From the human T2T-CHM13v2.0 reference genome, Homo sapiens: a stretch of DNA of 64,000 bases. Below, in pieces: positions 26,477-39,900 of the stretch; positions within the stretch are counted from its first letter, which is position 1, and every line of letters starts with the position of its first letter. The position numbers and the translations under genes are program-made. Location of the stretch: assembly GCF_009914755.1 (NCBI RefSeq), contig NC_060945.1, one strand, 5' to 3'. The notes beneath the pieces were generated by a model, which searched no databases, was not told the origin of the DNA, and saw only the letters and a program-made list of their open reading frames with translations.

Positions 26477-27164
26477 TTAAAGATGAAGACATGAAAATAC
26501 ACAGAGAACAAACAAACATGATGCCAACCAAGCTGTTTGGCTGCAAAGCCATACAGGTAACTACACAATACTACATGGTGGGTAGACCAGATGGACAGCT
26601 ATTTTAGTAATCCAAATTTGAGTGACAGCAGTGGAATTGGAAAGAAGTGGATGGATTTTCAAGCGTGTAGGAGATCAAAAGAAAAGTCAGAACTCAGTTA
26701 CACTTTGGCCACAGGGATGTGGGGAGATGGTTTTTGGGAGAGTGATGGGGTGGCAGTGAGAGACACTGAGATATAGGGGTCCAGAAGAAAACCAGGGTTG
26801 CAGTATCAGGACGGACAGGAGGTCGGGGACAGCATGAGTCCACTGGGACTTGCAGAGATTTGAGATGTCCCGGTGACATATTTCGTAGTGTTGTATTCTT
26901 TTAAGGATACCTGGTTTTATCCTCCTACAATATTCTGGCTCTTTCTGTTTGACTACGATCCATCTGGAATAGTCACCTGTTTAATATAATCTGGCTCCTG
27001 TGCACACAGGAAAGGAGCCACTGTCTCCCTTAAAGTCCCCTTCCAGAAGCAAGAGTGTCCTCACCCCTCCTCAGCCCAGCACATCCTCATGCGAAATCAT
27101 CACGGGAAGCAGGACAGTCCCTGCTATGCAAGGAGAGGGCAGTTGAGCATGAGGGCTGGTTAAG

Positions 27165-27370
27165 AGAAGAGATTTCTGAGCCCGACTCCAAGCCCTACGA
27201 TTTATGAGTTGTGAGATTATGTCTTTGCCCAATTTATTAATCTGTCTAAACCTCAGTTTTTCTATCTGTAAAATATGGTTCTTGAGAGGCTGCAATGAGA
27301 TGATATACCTAAGAGAAAGCCCAGAGCCTGGCAGGCAATAGCCAAGCGATGGTAGCAGTTATTATCCCTA
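27165..27370 (+). mobile_element. MIR SINE
   Basis: cctcagttttt.tatctgtaaaat..ttcttgagaggctgcaatgagatgata. Confidence 0.7.
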
Positions 27371-29477
27371 GTGGAAATCCCAGCACATGAACACTCTTGG
27401 ATTGTTGTTTGTTTCACAGCTCGAGTCTCTGGAACTGGAGGAATCCCTTCCAGTTACCTCCTGTTCTTGCTTTTCGGATGCCGGGGGCCTCTCTTGCCAG
27501 AACAGCGGTCATGAGCCATGAGGGCAGTTTCTACACATCTTCCTAGACAGGATGGCTTGGCTTATGATCTGGAAGATGTTTTGCCACTGTTCAGCCACAA
27601 GAATGGTTGTCATTTGCTCCGTTGCTTGTAAAGGAAGGCTCGTCTATGGCATTTGGTTAGTGAGAGCAGCAGTTTAGAGAATAAGGAAAGAAGTTTGTTT
27701 GAAGAGAGTCTCAGAAAGTGAAAGGTAACTGTTTTACACAGATGATGGATGAAGCGACTCCTTTTGCAATAAGCCCTTATCTTTCCTTAAAGCTTGTTCC
27801 AAGGGGGAAAGCCTATCACCTGGCCTACTGTGATTCTTGGAGTCTCCTCTGGCAAAAGAGGTGGCAGTTGTGGCTTGCCTCCATTTCGTTTTCTCTGCTG
27901 AGACCTCCAGAAAGTCAACCTGCCTCAGAAGGTGCAGGTCCCATGGGTTGTGGCCCCTCAAGGGATGGTTACAAGGCAGGCAACTGAGTCACACATTTCG
28001 TTGCTTCCCAGGACACTGGAGACTTCTCACCTTGAGGGTGGGAGAGGTCTGACGGTTTGAAGGAAAGAGGGATTCCTACATACTGCAGGTCTTGGTAGGG
28101 AAAATGTCTTTGTTTATGAAGCCTTGGCGAGCACAATCATGAGTGATTTGGGGAAGGATTTCCTGGGGAATGGAGACTCTGTGAAACAGACAGGTCTCGC
28201 CTCATTTCTCTCTAGTCCCTGGCAGCAGCTGCTCACAGGAAAGAGTGCAGGGTCTTTGCTAAGATTCACTGAGGTTCCAGCACTGCATAGAAACAAGTAG
28301 CTAAGTGTCCCAGTAATTGTCACCATCTGTACCTAAGAGAAAGGAAAACCTCACGTGTGACCATCTTTTTTTTTAAGCAATCATTTCTTGAGAGAATAAA
28401 GCAGAAAAACCTGAACTTATCCTTTTGCTTGTACTAGGAGAAAGAGAAAACGCAACAAAACACACACACCTGACCCCTAGCTAACCTTTCTCAGGATGGG
28501 GATGGGAGGGTCCTGTCTGGAATCTCAGAAGTTGGGGCTTCCTAAGGCACCCCTACACCCCCGTTTCCTGGAATCTGCTAAAAGAAAATGGAAAACTAGC
28601 CGAGATATTTGACTGAGGTTTCTTAAGAAAACATATTCTCGGTTTGGGTTGTTTTCTGAGGGGAGGGTTGGAGCGATGTGGTTTAAGTAAGAAAATTGCT
28701 CATGAACAGTGATGGAAATAGTGACTCTCTTGACTGTTCCACATGTCTCTGGCTATAGTTACAGGAAGCAAAGTGGAACAGTGTTTGCGAATTACCTGGG
28801 GAACGCGGGCAGAGTGGACAACTGATCTAAAAGGCTGGAGCCAAGAAAACATCACTGCATCAGTGATCTGGGTAATTCCATGGCTGGAGCATGTGTTTAG
28901 TTACTTAAGTGGAAGGTGGGGACGATCTTATTTCGGGAGCCTGGCTAGACTCCAAGATGAAATAAGATAACCTACTTCATCTAATTTGTTGCCCACACTC
29001 CCTAGAGACTAACGCATCTCAGGTCTCTCTGACGTCTATCCTAGTGAATCTCAAAAGATTTATTTTCATACTCTTTTAATAAGGTCAGTCAACCAAAATC
29101 TAAACTACTTGACTTGACTTTGAAAATGGTTTTAGAATCACAGTTCATAGTATAAGAGCACAAACAGTTTCCATTATCTTTGAATAAATCCAATAAATAA
29201 TATTCACAAATTCTAAGACACAGACAATTTTAGTTGTTTGACCAACAGAATCAGTTTTTCTCCGGTGTATCTTTGTGGTTAGCCTTTATGATGTCACGTT
29301 TCTGCTACCAACTATCTATTCAGGGAAAGATAAACAGAGGGCAAACAATATTTGTTTATACCTTTTGGGTTAAAGACACAAAAAATTCTGCTTAATTGCC
29401 TTCATCAATCAGTAGAAGATCCTAAATTCCTGGGGATCATGGAGCTCAAATGGTTAGGGTGGGCCATGTGTACACAG

Positions 29478-29830
29478 TCATTCATTCAATAATTCATTCA
29501 CTCTCTCAGCCAGTCAATAAGTGTTGCACATCTGCAAAGTGCCCGGCACTGGGCTAGGCTCTGGGCATTTCAAGATGAATAAGACCCCACTTCTGAATGA
29601 CGCAAAGAGCTTTCCAGCTACACAGTGGCATTTGTAATGTCACAGGCAGTCCAAGGAGGGAGTGGTTACTTCACAGAAGTCACTAGAGAAAAAGAGTATT
29701 TATGCAGGGCCTACAAGGATGGGAAAGATTTTGGCAGGGAGAAGCAGAGGGCTAAGGAGCTCTAGAAAGATGAGTTTCCAAGTATAAGCAAACTGAGGAA
29801 GCTGGAAATGAGGAAAATGGGGTGGTCAGC
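29478..29830 (-). mobile_element. L2 3'-end fragment
   Basis: tcattcattcaa ... gtgcccggcactgggctaggctctggg ... gatgaataagac. Confidence 0.7.
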
Positions 29831-30879
29831 ATGGCTGAAGCTTGGGAAATGCGGAGCGGAGTGGTGGCAAATAAGCCACTGACAAATTGCCGAGTTTCTT
29901 CGGAAGTAACGAGTGGGGCTTTTCTCTGTAGTAGCTGGGAACCAAAGAAAATGTGTGCGTGGAGGCAGAGGCAGTCAGGGATCTGATCGGAAAGTTCAGT
30001 GTGCTGTCAGGTGAGGAATGCATTACACAGGTGGGTTGGAAATACTGGGATAGGAGGCAAGAGATACAGACTTGAGCAAATGCCTGAGAGGGAAGCAGTA
30101 GGTTGCTGAGCAGGGCATTGCCGAGGGCAAGAGGAGAAGGAGGTGGCTGTGCAGAGGGGGCAGGCCACCCATCTGGACTCTGTCCTGGCCCCACTCTTGG
30201 CAGCTATGGGACCAGGTTTAAGTGGCCTCCAGTTCCTCTGGAGAGAGAGAAGGACTGGGTACAGCAGCCCCTCCCCCAAGCCTATTGAGACATCTGTAGG
30301 AAAGAGAGTTCAGCTCACTGGGAAGGAGAAGCCTTCAAGGCTGGAGAGCGCTGTGGTGATGTGGTTATCTAACTTTGCTGTGGGTCAGAATTGCCTGGGC
30401 AGCATAGCAAGCGGTCCCATCCCTGGAAACTCAGACTGGGCTGCCTTTGTAGCTGCACCACACTTTGGAAAACCCTAATCTCACATCTGGGGTGTTTTCT
30501 GATTCTCTGTTTGGAGGATTCTGAAGCTCAGAGGGGCTGGGTGGGTCCAGCCTGAAAGGGGCACATCCCATCACCTCTCTCTCCTCCACCATTCACAGGG
30601 ACGCCCAACACGATGCCCTCCGTGTCTTCATCTCTCCCTCTCCACCTCCTCAGTCCCTTTCCCTGGACTTCATGGGAGCCTGTTGAGCTCAAAAGATCCC
30701 CAAGAGCCAAGATGCAAGCCTGCAGATTTCAGGACAGCTGGTCCTGGCGCTGCTGGCTGCTCGCAAGGGCCGGGCCTCCTCATTGCCGTCACCAGCCCCC
30801 GTTGGGCCTCATCAGAGCAAGACCAGGCTCGGCTGATGCTCGGCGCTGTATTCCTTGACACCTCCATGAGGCTTGCTGC

Positions 30880-31005
30880 CCAGCATGTCCCAGGCTTGCT
30901 GGAAATGCTGAAGCTCAGGCTCACCTCAGACCCACGACTCAGAGTCTGTATCTTTTCCAGATCCTGGAGTGATCGCATGTGCACGTATAAATCGGAGAAG
31001 CTTTG
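30880..31005. mobile_element. MER5-like MITE fragment
   Basis: cttgctggaaatgc..ctcaggctcacctcagaccc..gactcagagtctgtatcttt..cagatcc. Confidence 0.6.
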
Positions 31006-31055
31006 GCTTCCATAGCCTCTGCTGGCTGTAACTAATCCTTCCTCACCCCATACTG

Positions 31056-31285
31056 AGGGAAAAGAAAGAAGGGAAGGGAGGGAAAGGAAGGGAAGAGAAA
31101 GGAGAAGGAAGGACAGGGGGAGAGAGAGAGAGAGAAAGGGAAGGAAGGAAGGCAGGAAAGGAAAGAAGGAAGGAAGGAAGGGAGGAAGGGAGGGAAGGAG
31201 AAAGAGAAAGGAAGGAAGAACAGGAGGTTAGGAGAGAGGAATGAAAGAAAGAGAATGAGAGAGGGACAGAGGGAGGGAGAGAGAA
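31056..31285 (+). repeat. GA-rich low-complexity tract (GGAA/GAGA/GGGA)
   Basis: About 230 bp that is almost entirely purine on the + strand. Confidence 0.95.
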
Positions 31286-32574
31286 TGATTCTGTGAGTCT
31301 CTTAACTCTGGTCCTCCTGTTACACATCTTTTCTTCTACTTTTCCTTTGTTTCACACTTAAGCTTTGAAGATGTAAAGTAGGACCAGAGGGTGAGAAATT
31401 CAAGAACCTTGAAATAAAAGACCTTTCTGTTTGCTTTTCATTTCCTAAAAAGGAAGTCCTCACTGACTGTTCCTGTAAGGGATATTAAGCTGTGTGGATT
31501 GTGAGTGATTCGTCACACAGCAATTTGGAGCAGGAAGCACATGAAACCCTAGAGCTAGCCTGCACGCAACTAATTGAAGCCCTCAATTAATCGGATTGGC
31601 TTCCACCTTCAGGAGAAAAGCAAATACTAAGAAAACAAATTAGCACCTGGAATTTAACAACTTCCCTTTTTTGGTGTGGGGGCGCATTATATTCAGAGTA
31701 CATGATAACTGATGGCTCGTCTCATAGGCACAGACATCTTTACAATCCTCTAAGGCAGAGTGGTGTGGTGGAAACGGAGTTGGCAGAGGCATCAGATCTG
31801 CCCGGGTTTCCATCCCAGCTCCAGCATGCATGGGCCATGTCGCTTGGCAAGCAGTCTCACCACTCAGAGCCTTGATTTCAGGATTAAAAAAATAATAACC
31901 TATTCAACAGAATCATGGTCGAGAAGATTAGGGGTTTGTGCAACTCCTTACCTGGTGGATACTCAACCGGAATGAGTTCTCTTTCTCAGTTCCTGCCTAC
32001 AGATCTATAGACACTTAGCTTTAAAAGCTTTGATTATGGCCAGTTGCCTGGTCTACCTAATACCAGCAGAGGAGTGTATTTTCCCTACTATGGTGGAACA
32101 GAGGTAAAGGTTTTCCAAGTTTGAAGCAATCATACAAACAAAATAGGAGCCCAAAGACTTCTGCGGAGCTTTGGAATGAGAGGTGCCCATTCTGGTTTCA
32201 GAAACGCCAGCGCCATCTCTTGGAGGAGCATGAAATTGTTTCCTTGGGCTGAAGAAGCATCCATGGGGCCCCAGGTAGGTTCAGCTGGTCCTCTCCTTCT
32301 TTCAACTGTAGTTTCAGACTGGAACCCCAGGGCTTCTTCCAAGGGAAACATTCTTACTTATTTCCTTATAAAGGTCCTGCATACCTTTGTTTGTCTCTCT
32401 TCCAATCAAACCATTCTTTCTCTCTAATTTCATCGGGTCCAGTATTTCCAAATTTCAGTCCCAGTTTGTAAATCTACAACTCAAGCCAAACCTTCAAAGA
32501 CTGAATTTTCTAAGTGGTTAGTTATCCTTCTAACACAGAGGGTCTTCCTTCTAACACCCCAGCAGAGGCCGGGT

Positions 32575-32800
32575 AGCCTAGCACTCAAGATCCTGGACTC
32601 TGAAGCTAGACCACTGTGTTTAGCATCCCCTCAGCCTTCCAACTGTGTGACCTTGGAAAGTTACTTGACCTCTCTGTGCCTCAGTTTCCCCACCCACAAA
32701 ATGAGGCTGACAGCAGACACCACCTAGAATGGTTGTTGCAGCATTACAGGAGTTCACACCTGCAGCACTCGGTGCAGGCCTGTGACAGATCATGAGCAAG
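32575..32800 (+). mobile_element. MIR SINE
   Basis: ctgtgtgaccttggaaagttacttgacctctctgtgcctcagtttccc is a near-consensus MIR core. Confidence 0.88.
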
Positions 32801-34054
32801 TGTTTGCCATCATCTTGGTTTTCAGTGGCTGTTCCCTTACACACCACTTACGACGCTGGGCTAGGATTTCACTTGACTTGTCCAGGTTACCCACCAGGCG
32901 GTGTTTCTGTAGCATGGGCAGTAAAGGCAGCATAAATCTAGGCCACACTCACAAATGCACATTGTTAGCACACAAACCCCGTGATTCAGATGCAGGTGGT
33001 CTGGGGGCCTGATTTTTAGAGCTGCTGCACTCAGTTTTGTGCTCCTAGGGGGCAGGGACTAGCTCCATCCATCTCAGACCCCAGCCTGCATGCAGCAAGC
33101 ACCCGCCCCCTTGAAAGTGCTCAGCTCAAGTTGCTTTCCTTCTCCATCTTCTTTAATAAATGATCTTGGAGTGAACAAATGGGAGGCTGACAGTATTACA
33201 CTAAAATAACAGGAGTTTCTGGTCACCTGAGAAGCACAATGGTCTCTCATCTTCTCCTTACTCCATTAGGAGTTCATATGCCTGCATTTTCCTCATTAAA
33301 TCTGAGGTGCTTTTCTGAACTCTATCTGAGAAGGAGCTGAAGTAATCAATGAGTGTCTCACACACAAACACATGGAAACAGGTTCTTAGTGAGAGCGGTG
33401 GGGACTCTGACTCCAAATTTAATGATTTTTCACTAAAAAGGAATGACGCTTCCCTTCACTAGAAAGCAATGATGTCTTCGGTGGTTGCATCAATGACCAA
33501 ACATGTATAATAAACTGCTTCTTTGAACTTGAGGACATCTGATTAAGAGATAGAAAGCAAAACAAGCCTTCACAGATGGTAATAGTGCTGGGACACATCA
33601 CCTTTTGTGAATAACTGAAGAGTATATATTAATAACAGAAATCACATTGGTGTGCCCTTACTGAGGATCGACAAAGGAGAACACGTCTATGTTTTGTGGA
33701 AACACGACTGAAGCCTTCATCCAATGACGTTGGCCGGCCCCGCTCTCCTCGTGCCATCAAGCACTCTACGCTGACTCAGTAGAGCAGCACAGCCCTGTGT
33801 GTGGAGAGATTCCCATGCACCATGGGAAGAGGGACCAAGCCTGGGCCCTGGAGGGCGCAGCCGGTGCAGTCTGCAGCAGGCTCTGTGTTTCAATAACTGT
33901 GGTGTCCCCACACCCCAAGGGCCATCTGTAGATCTGCTGCTCCAAAGTCTCTCACAGTGGCTCTTCTTTGGAGGTCACTCTCCAGTTAAGTGGGGGACCA
34001 ACTGCAAACTTCTCCCATCAATATGAACTGCAATATGATATTGCAGCAAACAAA

Positions 34055-34076
34055 ACACACACACACACACACACAC
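34055..34076. repeat. (AC)11 microsatellite
   Basis: Read directly from the sequence. Confidence 0.95.
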
Positions 34077-35607
34077 TCTCCCAGAAGCATTTAACAGGAG
34101 AAGTGTGTACCTACACATTTAGTCCCAAGATCTCTTTCCAGGCCCTGTCCAGGTTCGTGGTGGAAGCCTGTCCTCTGCACACTGGCTTCCCCAAATCTTC
34201 CCATATTCCAGAGCAGGGGAATCCTTTCTCCATCTTTTGGCTCAGATCTACTGCGGAGTGTGGGAGAAATATTAAAAGTAATGATCCTTGATGGTTAAAG
34301 CTGCCTTATCAAGTTCCTGCCCCTGGGTTTAAATAAAGTCTCTTTTTCTGCCAGCTTTAGATAAGGATGGAGGGTGAGAGAAACAGACAGAGACAGAAAG
34401 AGAGAGACAAGAAGGGAGAGAGGCAGAGAAGCAAGGACTCTATAGGGAAAGAAAGAGCTTGGACATTAATTCATTTTATGAATATTTGTTCTACTCTTCT
34501 TAAGAACAAGGTTTGTCCCAGGTGCCTTGGGGGCAAGAGAGAATTTAAGGGGTGGCAAGGGGCCACTGTCCCGCATCTTGGGGACGTTGTAGGCAGGCAG
34601 GTAGGGATGTGCTAAGGTTCCCGGGTCCTGGAGATGCCAGGCAAGTTGGAAAATGCAGAAGAGGAGGCTGGGGTGGACAGGGGTCATTTTGGCTGAAGCT
34701 GGTTATGAGAGGCTTAGAAGGTGAAAGTGTCTGCTGTGCTGGGCCCTGAAATGTAGGTCTTCTTGGCCACAGTGGGAAAGGGGAGCCCTAGAGGTCCTTG
34801 AACAGTCTGAGTGACAACACCTGGGCTGCCCAGCCCCAAAGGCCAAAACCAAGACACGTCTTTGTCCCAGAGGTTGGGCTTGGTGGCTGCAGCTGTGGAT
34901 GCTGACCCTTTCATGGGCATGGGGACAGGTGAAAAGCAGGAGCGAGGCAGGCAGGAGTGGGTGCCAGCACCAGCCCACAGCCATGAGGCCTGTGCCAGGC
35001 CAGCCTGTGGGGACACTGGGTCCCCGAGAGAGACATGGAAGCTCCCGCCAGCAGGAGACTTGAAGGTGGTCAGTTCTGAAGTCCTCTCCTCCTTAGGCCT
35101 GGACCTGGGGACACAGGCTCCAGCCAGCAGCAGGAGCCCATGAAACTCATTTGTCCCAATCTTCTTCCCAAGTCTCAACAGCTTTCGGGGGGTTCTGTGA
35201 CAGATGCCCCACTTCCAGCTCCACAGCCAGCCCTACGCTAACTCTGACAGATGAAAGGCCTCAGAATCCCCTTCTTCAATTGTACTGCACCCAACTTGTG
35301 GAAAGCAAAACAATATTAAAAATACTTTTTAAGAAACTCTAGAATATATTGTCATCAAAGTGATCACGGTTCTGCTTATTTTTGGTCATCGCAACCAATG
35401 TACTGAGCCCCCTTTGCCCAGACCCTAGCAGGTCCTGAGTCTCAGCGTCCACAAAACGAGGCTATGGCCCTTGGGGAGTTCCGTGCGGTGCCACAATTGG
35501 CCTCTGAGTTACTCTAGAGTGATAAACGCAGCCTTGGCAGTAAAATACCAGAGAGGTAATGAGTGCGGACTCCGTGCTCCCTCCGCAGGGGCAGGTGCGT
35601 GAGGCTC

Positions 35608-35626
35608 TAGCGCCACCTCGTGGGCC
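35608..35626 (-). promoter_or_regulatory. Strong CTCF motif in a CpG-enriched patch
   Basis: Minus strand GGCCCACGAGGTGGCGCTA versus consensus TGGCCACCAGGGGGCGCTA. Confidence 0.75.
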
Positions 35627-35854
35627 GTGGGATTCGTGCCCATCTCCTCCCGGGCGGGAGTTCCTCTGGAGCCAGGAACTCTTTGGGCTCAGGGTGTCTT
35701 TTTAGAAAAGCTTCTGACGTTGGTTCTTCTTTAGTGGACCTTCTCCGGTAAAACGGGGTTAACAACTCCAAACTTTTCCCCACCTAAAGGGATTGAAAGG
35801 CTGTTTCAAAGGAATTAGAGCTCTGAGACTGCAACCCACAAAACACACAATAGC

Positions 35855-36165
35855 ATATACACAGAGATGCACATAGAAACATAGACACACAGGGACACAC
35901 ACCAGAGATACACACACACACACACACGGACAGGCAGACACATGGCCACAAACACATACACAGAGATACACACAGAAACATATACACACAGGGACACACA
36001 CCAGAGATACATACACAGACACACACGGACAGGCAGACACAGGGCCACAAACACATACACAGAGATGCACATAGAAACATTTACACACAGGGACTCACAC
36101 CAGAGATACACACACACACGGACAGGCAGACACATGGTCACACACACACACACACATACATACAG
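35855..36165. repeat. CA-rich minisatellite, ~99-bp unit, about 3 copies
   Basis: Anchor ACAGAGAT recurs at 35861, 35960 and 36059. cacacggacaggcagacac appears in each unit. Confidence 0.92.
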
Positions 36166-37489
36166 TGATATTCAACAAGGGAAGGGTGCACCCACAGGCT
36201 CAGTCTTGAGACCTCTCTCCAGGCTCCTGGGTGGGTTGGGGAAGCTGAGCCTCCCTGCCTGCTCATAGCACACAGCCTCCACAAATCTTGCTCTATTCCA
36301 GAGTGAGAAAGGAACGTTAAAACTGATGATCCCTGATGGCCAAGGCTGCCTTATCAAGATCCTGTTCCCGATTCAATAAGAAAAGATGCCTCTTGTGCCA
36401 GCAGCAGATAAGGCTGCAGCCCTGGGCGTTCCCAGGAGAGCGAACAATGGAAGCCCCCAGGATGCCTCTATATGAGGTAGGATGGTTACTTGCCCAGTCC
36501 CTGCCTGCCAGGCCCTTATCTGGGAGGCGCTGGTTCGGGTTGCACCCTCCTGTGTTCCTAGCGGGGGCTGCTGCACACCAGGCTTCTGAGGCCTTCCTGG
36601 TGGGGGTTGGTGGAATGGCGGCGGGGGGAGGGTTTTGACGGTGCATCCTGAAGTGCTCCCTGCACCTTTCCCAGAAAAAGAAAAGGATGCCATGAAAACA
36701 CTTCACCCTAGACATGGTTTACCCTCGGGAAAGCTGATGTGAAAGAAGTTCCAGGGGGCCAGGGATAGAAAAGGATTTAGAAAGATGAAGGCAACAGACA
36801 AACGACACTTACAAAGTGCCCAAAGTCTGCAAGTCCTGATAGTCACAGGGAAGGACATCAGCTGGCGGGAAACCTCACCTTTTAGGCCTGCATGTCAGTC
36901 TTGCACTGCTGAGCTGTGTGACCCTAGGCAGGCTACTTAAACCCTCTGTGCCCTGGCATCTCCATCTACAGAATAAAGCTTCTAACAGCATAGGCCTCAC
37001 ACACCTGTGTGGAGACCCCATAAGTCAACAACATGTGTTTACCCGAGGAAATAAATATGGGTGCCCCTTTAGGCCTGTCCCACAGAGTTATACAGCTGAA
37101 AGACCTCAGAGTAGGTCCACACCCCTTACCAAGTAATGCAGGCCTTGATTAATTGCCACTTGAAGGGAGGTGGGGAGAAAGCACCCTGTCACATCACAGC
37201 TAAATTTACTAAAAAAGAAACTCTTTGCCCACTTATCTTTCGAAAGTGCCTCACAGCAGAGACAGCCCCAACCCCTTCCTCTCTCTCCAGCCTCACCTCT
37301 CCTCCTAAAATTCAGTTCCTCCTCACACTCTCAGTGCCTGGCCCCGGCCATGCATTAGATGCCCTGAAGAGCTTTTGAAAAGGACCAATCCCTGGGCCCT
37401 ATCTCAGGTGTGTCTGAGCATCTGTAGATTTTAGAAGCTCTGAGGAGGATTTACATGCATTTAGGGTGGAAATCACTTGTAAGTAAATT

Positions 37490-37985
37490 TTTTTAACTGT
37501 TCCCTGTAAATATGGACCAATGGACCACTTATGGCTTCTGCTAATTCTCTTACATATGCCCATGGTACCTTGTTGCAGTATCATTTGTATAATAAAAAGA
37601 TTGGAGCCAACCAGAAAGTCCATCAATGGGGGGAAAATTAAATAAAATGTAGTTCATTCAGCAATGGAATACTATGCAGCTCTGAAAAATGAATCAGGAA
37701 GCTTTCTATGAACAGATGTGGGAAGTCTCCAACGTATAGCATTAAGTGGAAAAAGCAAGACATAATGGTAGTGTGCACGTTCTATATTACATAAAATGTG
37801 AATAAAGGCAGTTTATATTCATGTTTTCTTGGATATACATTTAAAAAACTCTAAAAAGATACACAAAGAATGGTCTAGTAGTCATTATAGGGGGTCTGGG
37901 AAGGCAAGAGATAATATATCATATTTTCAAATTTTTGAATTATGAGAACATGTCATTCATTCAAAAATTGAATGTAAAAAGGGTT
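37490..37985 (+). mobile_element. Old L1M 3' fragment
   Basis: tccatcaatgggg..aattaaataaaatgtag..attca..caatggaatactatgcagc. Confidence 0.75.
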
Positions 37986-38689
37986 AAGAAAGAGAATAAA
38001 GCAAGGGCCGGGACACATCTCCACTGTCTTCCCATGGCCCTCTCAGAAGTGGATCACACCTGGTGCTGGGCAGGGGGACAGAAATTGCTGTGGCCTGAGC
38101 AGAGCCTGGGTCCAGCCAGCATCTACACAGCCCACGTCCTCCCAGGGGAATTTCTCTGTGCTCTGTTTTGAGGGGATGGTCCTGGTACTGGAGTAGCAGA
38201 GCCAGGTCCCTGCTTCTTGCATACCCCTGAGGCTGCCCTGTTTGCTCTTCTTGTGTGGAGGGCATTGGCAGAGGCCTCTGGCCTGTAGAACCTTTGTGAG
38301 CTGAGCCACAACTCACTTCGAGCTGTTCTCTGCCCTGGCTTTGCTACCCTGAGGTCTCCAGTGCCATCCACACCTTCCGTCTGCCACCGCCAACAGCCAC
38401 AGGTGATGGATGGGGACCATAATGTGAGAGGAGAATTGTGTACTGGAAATCAGCATGAAGGGATATCCAAAGACCTGGAGAAACCCAAATCACATGGGGA
38501 TGGGAGAGTGAAGACCCAAGGGAGGGATGTGCGGCAAGACCTGCTCTGAGCTCTGAGGGTGCAGATGTAATCAAGACTGAGTGCTGCCCCACCAGACCTG
38601 TAGACGAACTCTCCTTCTGGTGAGGCAGTGAACCTGCAAGCACGGGAAGGTGGTGGTGGGTTGGGTGCCATGGAGGAAATGAGGAAGCA

Positions 38690-39900
38690 GGAGATACACT
38701 GGGGGCCAGGTGGGGTTGCAGGTCTCAGCAGGGTGGGGCTGAGGTGGTGATGGGTGAGGGAGTGAGCTGTGGAGTATCCAGACAGGGAAAGCAGCAAGTG
38801 CAAAGGTGCTGGGACAGGAGTGGATTTTGCGGGTCTGCAGGGCAGTCGGTGTACTGGGAGTGGAGTGGATGAGGTAGGACATGGAGGCTACAGAGTCTCA
38901 GAACCCGTCAGAGGCTGGTGTGCAGTCAGGTTCTGCAGGGCATTGTTGGCCACTAGGAGGATTACAACTTTTTCTCTTACCCCAAGTGGACTTGAAACCA
39001 TTGGAGGGTCTGAGGGAAGAGTGATATGGTCAGATGAAGTTTTTAAATCATGTATTTAATTATTCTAGTTGATGTGTAGAGAATGGAATTGGTGAGGGAG
39101 GAGAGAGTAGAAGTAGGGGGACAAGTTAGGACTGATGGGAGATTGAGTTGCTCCTTGGCCGTCACAGGATTCTGCATCCTCTGCCTTTACCATGGGCCTT
39201 GCCTGCCTCTCCCAGGGACAGAGTGTACCCCTCCAACCTTATTGACTGCGCATTTGGCCATGTGACTTGCTTTGCCTCGAGGGACATGAGCAAAGGCCAC
39301 ATCTGAGCAGAAGTTTTGAGGGCCATTGCCTGGTTGGCTCTTGCTTTTTTCCCTCTGCTCTGAGAAGAGGCATTTCCAACAGGGGGTCCCCTCCAGTCCA
39401 GGTCCTAGAATGGGAAAGCCTATGGAGCAGGGCTGCCACCGTGGCACACAGCCATGACAGAGGTGGGAGTGAGAATGAGATGGCTGTCGTCGTAAGCCTT
39501 GGAGATGTGGAGAGTGCTGACCGACACAGGGGCCCTTGGGGTACCAGACTACAGAGGCACTGCTGGAACGGTGTGAGGTGAGTTGACTTTGTAATGTTTT
39601 CTGAACAGCAGAGCTACCCAAATTGGAGTTTGATGTATGGCATTAGGGAGAGTTTGATTTGGTTTAGGGATATGTTAAGTTCGAGATACTCATTAGACAT
39701 CTAGGTAGAGGCTGGAGTTCCTGGAAAATGTCAACTACAGGTACAACTTGGAGTCATCGTCTCACATTTGCAAACTCAATATATGCAAATGGTATGAAAA
39801 GTCATGAGGCTATACGTGATCAACCAGAGAGAGGGTGTAGAAAGAGGTGTCTTCTTAGGACCTGGGGCACTCCAGCATGTGCAGAATGGAGATCTCAAAG
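38690..39900 (-). mobile_element. L2 fragments interrupted by an old MLT1-like LTR (~39170-39540)
   Basis: L2: cagcaagtgcaaagg..gaaaccattggaggg and tgttaagttcgagatact.attagacatcta. LTR: ggccatgtgacttgctttg. Confidence 0.6.

Noticed and set aside
35759-36268. Cys/Val-rich and Thr/His-rich repetitive ORFs
   Set aside because: Translation artefacts of the 99-bp CA-rich repeat.
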